A stretch of 64,000 nucleotides of DNA. It comes from an uncultured delta proteobacterium (GTDB taxonomy: Bacteria; Myxococcota_A; UBA9160; SMWR01). A program made the position numbers and the translations under genes. The stretch is taken from positions 160,001 through 224,000 of the forward strand of contig CAWHTE010000005.1 in assembly GCA_963832165.1 (NCBI GenBank). The letters are read 5' to 3'. The number at the start of each line of letters is the position of its first letter. Positions within the stretch are counted from its first letter, which is position 1. Under the pieces are notes generated by a model. That model worked only from the letters and a program-made list of their open reading frames with translations, ran no database searches and was not told where the DNA came from. Shown here piece by piece: positions 56,882-64,000 of this stretch.

Positions 56882-58303
56882 ATGGACGATTTGCAGCAGC
56901 GGGAGCGCGAGCTCGCCCAGCGCATCGCGAGCTTCGTGAATCCGAGCAGCCCGCACGCCGTGGCCGCCGCGACGGCATTCCTGCTCACCTTCTACGTCGG
57001 GCTCGCGCTCGCCTACCGCGACGCGGTCCCGCTCTTCGAGGCTCCCGACGAGCCCTCGCACATCCACTACGCGGCGTTCGTGTACACGCACGCCCGCCTG
57101 CCGCGCCAGCAGTCCCTCGAGGTGCCCGGCGAGGGGATGCAGGCGCCGCTGGTCTATGCGGTGTCGGCGCCGCTGCTCGGCAATACCGGGATCGACGTCG
57201 CGCATGCCGCGGACGAGCTCCGGCTCGCCCTGCTCCCGTACTACTCCCACCCGCAGGAGAAAGCGGGCGGCCCCGCGATCGCCGCGTTCGAGCACGGCAA
57301 ACGCCAGTTCGTGACCGACGGCAGCCTCGAGCCGCTGCGCGTGCTGCGCAGCACGAGCCTCGCCTTCGGCCTGCTGACGGTGATCCTGACCTTCGCGGCC
57401 ATGTGGCGGCTGACGCGCGATGCGCGGATGGCGCTGCTCGCGGGCTCGCTCGTCGCCTTCAATCCACAGTTCCTGTTCAGCTCGGGCTACTTCTCGAACG
57501 ACCCCGCGGCCGCGGCGATCGGCGCCGCGGCGCTCTGGATCGTGGTGCGCGCACTCGAAGACCCGGAGCGCGCTCCCGCGCGCCGCGACTATTTCGCGGG
57601 CGCACTGCTGATCGGGCTCGGCGCGCTCACGAAGACCTCTACGCTGCCCGGCCTCGCCGTCGCGGCCGTGACGCTCGTCGCGGTCGATCATCGCGCGCGG
57701 CCCCAGGTGCGCAGGGATGTCGCGAGCGCGGCCGCACTCGTGCTGCTGCTCGCGGGCCCGTACCTGATCTGGGCGGCCAAGTACCGCGGCGGCCTGCTCG
57801 GCATCGACGCCGTGGTGGCGTCCACGGACATGATGCACCGCGCACACGGACTCGGCGGTCAGCTCTATCTCCTCGCGGGAAACTACTGGCAACGCACGCT
57901 CGAGTCGTTCTGGGGCCGGTTCGGCTGGTTCAACGTGCTCGTGCCGAGGGCGACCCTCCTCGCATTCTTCGCGATCACCTGGACCGGCGCGCTCGGATGG
58001 ATCGCGGGACGCGAGCGCCTGCTCCCGGAGAGCCTGGGCTCGCGCTTGCTGCGGCGATACCTGCTCGCAGCGTTCGGAGCCACGCTCGCCGTGCATCTCG
58101 CGATGAACCTCATGATCACCAATCCGCAGGGCCGCCTGCTCTTCCCGTGCATCTCGCAGATCGCGTTCCTGCTCGCGCTCGGCATCTACCGGTTGATCGG
58201 CAGCCCGAAGCGCATGCTTCCGCTCACGATCAGCGTCGTCCTGCTTCTGGTCGCGCTCGACGTCTACTGCCTGCGCGGCGTGCTCGTGCCCGCGTACCGG
58301 TAG
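56882..58303 (+). CDS. GT-C (ArnT/DUF2142-like) membrane glycosyltransferase
   Basis: PLFEAPDEPSH, SND, LTK, SFWGRFGW, QGRLLFP. Confidence 0.75.
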   Translation: MDDLQQRERELAQRIASFVNPSSPHAVAAATAFLLTFYVGLALAYRDAVPLFEAPDEPSHIHYAAFVYTHARLPRQQSLEVPGEGMQAPLVYAVSAPLLGNTGIDVAHAADELRLALLPYYSHPQEKAGGPAIAAFEHGKRQFVTDGSLEPLRVLRSTSLAFGLLTVILTFAAMWRLTRDARMALLAGSLVAFNPQFLFSSGYFSNDPAAAAIGAAALWIVVRALEDPERAPARRDYFAGALLIGLGALTKTSTLPGLAVAAVTLVAVDHRARPQVRRDVASAAALVLLLAGPYLIWAAKYRGGLLGIDAVVASTDMMHRAHGLGGQLYLLAGNYWQRTLESFWGRFGWFNVLVPRATLLAFFAITWTGALGWIAGRERLLPESLGSRLLRRYLLAAFGATLAVHLAMNLMITNPQGRLLFPCISQIAFLLALGIYRLIGSPKRMLPLTISVVLLLVALDVYCLRGVLVPAYR

Positions 58304-59800
58304 GCGCAGCGCGCGACGCCAAACGCGGCGGCGGGCAGTGCCAGGAGCGCCGCGCGCTCGCGCCAGTCTGGCGGTGGCGGCGGCCGCAGCGAGATCCGCC
58401 GCGCAGACCACGTGCCCTGCGGAAGCTCGTCGCGCACGCGCCCGAACTCGTCCACGACCGCGGAGAGCCCGCCGTGCGCAACGCGCACCAGCGCGAGGCG
58501 CTGCTCGATCGCGCGAAAGCGCGCGAGCTCCAGCAGCTGCCGGCGCGCGGCCGCGCTCTGCAGCCAGCTGTCGTCGGCGAGATTCACGAGCGCGAAAGCG
58601 GCGGGCGTCCGCCGGCGCGCGGCGATTCCGGGGAACAGGACCTCGTAGCAGAGCAGCGGCGCGACGCGAACCGGCCCGCGAAAGGTCGGCGGGCCCTCGA
58701 CCTCCTCGACGCGATTCCACGCGGCGGCGCCGCCGAACAGGCGCACGAGCAGCGCATCGCCCGGAAAGCGCCGGCTCGATTCCAGCAGCGGGATCGCGCG
58801 CGCCTTGTCGAGCCGCGCCGTGATTCCGCGTTCGGGCTCGAGCCACACGACCGAGCTCCGGTAGCGCTCCGTTCTGCCCGCGCTGGACGCCATCACGAGT
58901 CCGGTCAGGACCGGAATGCCCAGCTCGTCCACCCACGCGAGGAGCGACGCGGAGAGCTCGCGCGACCCGTCCACGCGCGCCGTGAGCAGATTCTCGGGCA
59001 GCACGAGTGCATCGATTCGGGTCGTTTCGCGTGCCACTGCGCGGTCGGCGAAGGCGCGCACGCGGTGCAGGTGGAGCGGCTGGAGGGCGTCGTTCCAGCG
59101 CTCGCCGCGCGGCAGGTCCGGCTGGACCAGCAGCAGATCGACGGTCTCGGTCGACGCGTGTGGACGCATCGCCTCGGCGACGGGAAGACCGAAGTGCGCC
59201 AGCGCGAGCCAGCTCGCGCCGAGCGCCAGCGCGAGCTGTGCTGCGCCCGCGCGCTTCCGTCCGAGATCGGCCAGCGCACAGTTCGATGCGACGAGCAGCG
59301 CCGAGATCAGGGGCACACCCGCCACCGCGGCGAGCTGCGCTACGCCGATCGCACCGCGCTGCGACACGCCCAGCAGGCCCGCGGGCACGCCCCACCACAC
59401 CCGTCCGATCGCGGTCTCGCCGGCGAACACAGCCGCCGCGATCGCGAGCGCGCGCGGCCCCGGACCCCAGCGCGCCGTCGCGCGCGACGCGACTCCGATG
59501 AGCCCGAACACCGGGCCGGGCTCGCCCACAGCGACACGAGCACCAGCCCCGCGAGCGACGCAGGCCGCGACGCGCCGAGCTCCGTGAGCGCCGCCGGAAG
59601 CCAGGCGAGTCGCGATCCCATGGAGCGCTCCCGCGAACGACGCCGAGCGCGGCTGCTTCGAGCCATCCCGCCCTGCGCGCCGCCGCGAGCAGCGGAATCA
59701 GGAACACCCCGCCGAGCGGCCAACCCGCCTCTCGATGCACCGGCACGGCGAGCAGCAACGAGCTCAGCGCCGCGAGCGCAACCCGCTCTCCAAACGACAT
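58264..59800 (-). CDS. lnt: Apolipoprotein N-acyltransferase, 5' frameshifts
   Basis: VQPD, LPEN, DK..IP..E, LLCYEVLFP, RFRAIE. Confidence 0.82.
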
Positions 59801-59961
59801 GCGCGAACTCGAACGGCGACCGGGCCCTTCGAGAATAACCGGGTCGCAGTCAGCAGCGCTGCTGCAGGAGCTCGAGCGGATCGGGGCGTCCGGCAAGACC
59901 GACGGAGCCGGGGAGAAAGCCGCCCAGGCTGCCGGACGCTATCGGCGTCTGGCCTGGCTCC

Positions 59962-60387
59962 TCAGCTTCCGCCGAGCTGGATCTCCACCAGCGTGCCGAA
60001 GCCCGGGAGCGCGTTCGGTCGTAGCCGCCCGAACACGTCACGCGTGTGGGCGGGGTCGTCGCGCACGGCGCGCGCGCGGCCCGCGAGCGTCTCGCCGCGC
60101 AGCCACAGCGTGACAGGCTTCTCGTCTCCCACGATCTCCTTCCACCACCGACCGTCCGCGGCGGCGTAGACGCGGTTGCCCTCGCGCAGATAGTTGACGG
60201 GGATGCGCCGGCCGCTCGGCAACGTCAACAGCATCACCTTCTGCGCGCGCTCACCATCCGGATCGCCGATCAGCTCGCGCTCGACGCGCGGATTGGCGAC
60301 GCGCGCGAAGTAGAGCGAGCTGCCGAGCACCAGCGCGACCGCGCAGGCGAGCGCGGCGATCGAGAGAGTCACCACGGGTCGTTTCAT
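59962..60387 (-). CDS. Split-barrel (deazaflavin-dependent nitroreductase-like) protein with N-terminal TM
   Basis: MLLT..SGR..PVNY, WWK, VTLWLRG..GRARAV. Confidence 0.6.
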   Translation of the reverse strand: MKRPVVTLSIAALACAVALVLGSSLYFARVANPRVERELIGDPDGERAQKVMLLTLPSGRRIPVNYLREGNRVYAAADGRWWKEIVGDEKPVTLWLRGETLAGRARAVRDDPAHTRDVFGRLRPNALPGFGTLVEIQLGGS

Positions 60388-60470
60388 CCAGGCGTTCCGG
60401 TTTCCGGCAATTTATCATCGAGCGCAGGGCCGGATCGAAGCCGATCGCCCGCGATCGAGGAGGAAGGTCC

Positions 60471-61622
60471 ATGCGAACCCAGCTGATGGAGGAGCTCGGC
60501 ATCGAGTTCCCGATCTTCGCTTTCACGCCACTGCCGCGACGTCGTCGCCGCGGTCACGAAGGCCGGCGGGCTCGGCGTGCTCGGCGCCGTCGCGCACACC
60601 CCGAGCAGCTCGAGATCGAGCTCGACGTGGATCGACGAACGAGGTCGGCGGCCAGCCCCTACGGCGTCGACCTGCTGCTGCCCGCGAAGTACGTCGGCGC
60701 CGAGCGAGGGCGGGCATCGACGCCGCCGAGCTCGGCGGCGCTGATCCCCGAGCGAGCACCGCGCGTTCGTCGACGACGCTGCTCGAGAAGTACGAGCGTG
60801 CCGCCGCTGCCCGACGAGGACGAGCGCATGACCGGCCGGCGTCGGCTGGCGCCTGGTCGCACAAGGGCGCCGAGCCGCTGCTCGACGTCGTCTTCGCCCA
60901 CCCGATCCGCCTGATCGCCAACGCGCTCGGGCCGCCGCCGCGCTGCATGGTCGAGCGGGCGCACGCGCGCGGACGTGCTCGTGGCCGCGCTGGCCGGCAC
61001 GGCCGCAGCACGCCGAGCGCCAGCAGTGCCGCCGGCGTCGACATCATCGTCGCCCAGGGCAACGAGGCCGGCGGCCACACCGGCGAGATCGCGACGATGG
61101 TGCTCGTGCCCGAGGTCGTCGACGCGTCGCGCCCGATCCCGGTGCTCGCCGCCGGCGGCATCGGCACGCGGCCGCCAGATGGCGGCCGCGCTCGCCCTCG
61201 GCGCCGAGGGCGTGTGGTGCGGCTCGGTGTGGCTCACCACCGAGGAGGCCGAGACCCACCCGGTCGGTCAAGGAGAAGTTCCTCGCGGCCGACGTCGTCG
61301 CGACACGGTGCGGTCGCGCTCGCTGACCGGGCAAGCCGGCGCGCAAGCTGCGCACCGCGTGGACCGACGAGTGGGACAGCCCGGCGCAACCCCGAGCCGC
61401 TGCCGATGCCGCTGCAGATCGAAGCTCGTCGCGGAGGCGCAGGAGCGGATCCAGCGCACGGCTCACAACCGACGCGGCGATCGGCCGAGCTCGCGAACTA
61501 CTTCGTCGGGCCAGATCGTCGGCTCGCTGAATCACGTCAAGTCGGTGCGCGCGGTAATGGAGGAGTTTGCGCTCGAGTACGCCGACACGATGGAGCGGCT
61601 CGACGAGATCGCAGAGCCGTAG
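60471..61622 (+). pseudogene. Nitronate monooxygenase/FabK-like flavoprotein with many frameshifts (pseudogene or sequencing error)
   Basis: LGIEFPIFAF, GVDIIVAQGNEAGGHTG, PVLAAGGI, GAEGVWCGS spread over several frames. Confidence 0.8.
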
Positions 61623-61644
61623 GGGCGCCCGAAGGCGGCGGCGC

Positions 61645-62550
61645 TCAGTGGCCGGATTCGATCCGCTCGAGCCAGCCGAGCAGCTCGCGATGGACCTGCT
61701 CGCGGTTCGTCTCGTTCAACACCTCGTGGCGCGCGCCCGGGTAGTAGATCGCCTCCACATCGAGCCCCGCGCCGCGCATGCGCTGCTCGAGCACGCGCAC
61801 GTTCGAGCCACCGTTCGAGACGGGATCGGCGTCGCCCGTGAGCAGCAGGATCGGGAGATGGGGCGGGATCGCGGCGATCGCATCGGGCTCCATCTCGCGC
61901 GTCGCCATGGCCATCAGGTCGGCGACGAAACCGTGGGTCATCGGCAGTGCATCGCCGCAGAACGGATCTGCGATGTAGGCGTCGACCTCGGCCGGGTCGC
62001 GCGAGAGCCAGTCGAAGGGCGTGCGCGCGTTCTCGATTCCGGCATTGAAGGCCGAGAGGCCGGCGAAGGGCTGATCGGCGAGGCCGGCCTCGACGGCCTC
62101 GCGCACGGCGCTTGCCGTCTCGAGCAGGGCCCCGTCCGCGCCGGGCGAGCCCGACAGCGCGAGACCCGCGAGCGAGGCGCCGCGCTGCTCGGCGAAGGCC
62201 TGCGAGATCAGCGCGCCCATCGAGTGCCCGAACAGCACCGTCGGCAGCGCGCCGACGTCTGCCTGTGCGATCTCGATCAATTGCGCGAGATCGCCCAGCA
62301 CGCCGTTCATGCCCGAGGGGCCCGTGCGGCCGCGGCCCGTGGAGGCGGCGGTGAGTCCGTGGCCGCGATGGTCGGGCGCGTAGACCGCATAGCCGCGGTG
62401 CGTGAGCGCCCCGGCGACGCGCCCATAGCGGCCCGAGTGCTCCGACATCCCGTGCGCGATCACCACGACCCGCCGCGGCTTTCCGCCCGGCAGCCAGCGT
62501 CGGTAGAACACGTCCACCCCGTCGCCATCGCGGAACTCGAGCTCGTCCAC
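61645..62550 (-). CDS. Alpha/beta hydrolase (lysophospholipase-like)
   Basis: HGMSEHSGRY, DHRGHG, GHSMG, ARHEVLNE. Confidence 0.92.
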   Translation of the reverse strand: MDELEFRDGDGVDVFYRRWLPGGKPRRVVVIAHGMSEHSGRYGRVAGALTHRGYAVYAPDHRGHGLTAASTGRGRTGPSGMNGVLGDLAQLIEIAQADVGALPTVLFGHSMGALISQAFAEQRGASLAGLALSGSPGADGALLETASAVREAVEAGLADQPFAGLSAFNAGIENARTPFDWLSRDPAEVDAYIADPFCGDALPMTHGFVADLMAMATREMEPDAIAAIPPHLPILLLTGDADPVSNGGSNVRVLEQRMRGAGLDVEAIYYPGARHEVLNETNREQVHRELLGWLERIESGH

Positions 62551-62638
62551 GCTCCCTCCTCGTCGGCGGTCGGACACATTGAGAATCCACGTCCGAAAGA
62601 GATGACCGCCCGCAAGCGCCCGGAGCCCAGCGACGCGT

Positions 62639-64000
62639 TCACTTCCCGACTTGTGCCTTCGCCGCTGCGCGTCGCTCCTGCTGCTCGGTGAGCAGACGGT
62701 AGGCGACGTAGTACTTGAAGATGTTGCTCACGTAGGTGACCGTTTCGCGGCCGATCCGCTCCGAGGCGACGCGCTCGACGTTGCCGAACCACACGTTCGG
62801 ATCGAGGCCCCGCTCCTCCGCCTCGCGGCGGAGCTGCCGGATGCGTCCCGGCCCGGCGTTGTAGGACGCGAACGTCATGAGCGCCTTGTTCAGATTGTCC
62901 ATCGGCTCGTTCGTGTAGTAGCGGTCGACCATGAACCGCATGTACTTCACGCCGGCGTGGATGTTGGCATCGATCTCGGTGATGTCGCCGACGTTCAGCT
63001 CCTTTCCGGTCGGCGGCATGACCTGCATCACGCCAATCGCGCCAACCGGGCTCTTGACGTTCTGGTCGAGCGTCGATTCCTGGTAGCCCTGCGCCGCCAT
63101 CAGCAGGTAATCGAGGTTGTACTGCGCCCTGTACTTCTTGAACAGCTCGACCACCGCCTGCAACTTCCGGCGCTCGGCATCGGCCGCGGCGTTCTTCGCG
63201 TACTTGACGTTCTGGAGATAGCGACGTTCGATCACGTTGCGAAAGGCGTCGCCCTTGCCGTGCTTCCGGATCCACGCGTTGACGACCTCTCGGAGCTTGG
63301 GATTCTCCTTGCGAAACGCGACGGCCAGGATGCCGCCAGACCGCACGGTGACGTCCCGGTGCACCGTGAGGTCGGTGAACACCTTGCTCCAGAACTCGGC
63401 GAGATAGTCGTCCACGACGGTGATCGGCGCGAGGCCGGCGTTGACCATCTCGAGCACGTCATCGTCTTCGAGCACGTCGGGGGCGACCGTCGATCACCAC
63501 CGGCGGCTTGCCGCGCGCTTTCAGTTGCTCGTTCAGGCTGACGAGGCTCTCGTCGTAGATGCTCCCCTTGCGGACGAACACCTCCTGGCCGGCCAGATCG
63601 TCCACCGTGACGATCGGCGGCGCTCCTGGCCCGGTGACCACCACTTCGCTCACATTGGTGCGCGTCGGCTCCGAGAAGGCGACGAGTTTCTCCCGCTCGG
63701 GCGTGACGGTCACCATGGCCGCGACCATGTCGACCTTGCCGCTCGTGAGCGCCGGGTACAGCTGATCGCGCGACATCGGCACGATCACCACGTGCACCTT
63801 GAGGTTGCCGGTCTTCAAGTCCGCGTTCAGATCCTTCTCGAACAGCTTCAACGACTCGTACGTCAGCCCGCGCTCCTGCCCCTTGTCGATGAAGTAGTGC
63901 GTGCGGTTGAAGGTCACGCCAACGCGAATCGCGCGACGCTCGACCATCGCGTCGAAGTCGCCGGTGAACGGTGCGTCGATCTTGCTCCGCACGCCTTCCG
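62639..64000 (-). CDS. mltF: MltF-like lytic transglycosylase (SBP plus SLT domains), frameshift near 63480, 5' truncated
   Basis: FTGDFDAM, VFVRKGS; AQGYQES, GAIGVMQV, ASYNAGPG, ETVTYV. Confidence 0.85.

Noticed and set aside
55877..59896. 1339-aa minus-strand ORF
   Set aside because: High-GC artefact joining the lnt N-terminus, shadow sequence and scpA.

Overview
High-GC bacterial chromosome segment. The gene content (CarF-type desaturase, PEP-CTERM protein, TonB receptor, FHA protein) suggests Myxococcota/deltaproteobacteria; this is inference. Many genes are split by single-base frameshifts, which looks like long-read error. Most of the window is ordinary: envelope, redox, DNA repair, scpAB, rfbB, lnt. 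The notable part is a ~9.4 kb element (34061-43558) integrated at the 3' end of tRNA-Glu(TTC) and bounded by a 28-bp direct repeat. It encodes a tyrosine integrase, an HTH regulator and a P4/D5-type helicase next to an iteron-like origin. It also carries a lambda Nu1-like small-terminase HTH gene directly downstream of a lambda-like cosQ/cosN site, but no capsid or tail genes, so it looks like a cos-packaging phage satellite (PICI-like). Its cargo slot holds an integron array without intI: an attI-like site plus three gene cassettes. An IS110/IS1111-type element sits inside the last attC. It has a duplicated CCTT core, a promoter that would form at the circle junction, and a 3' non-coding region with short matches to both the attC target and the donor junction, i.e. 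a candidate attC-targeting bridge RNA.
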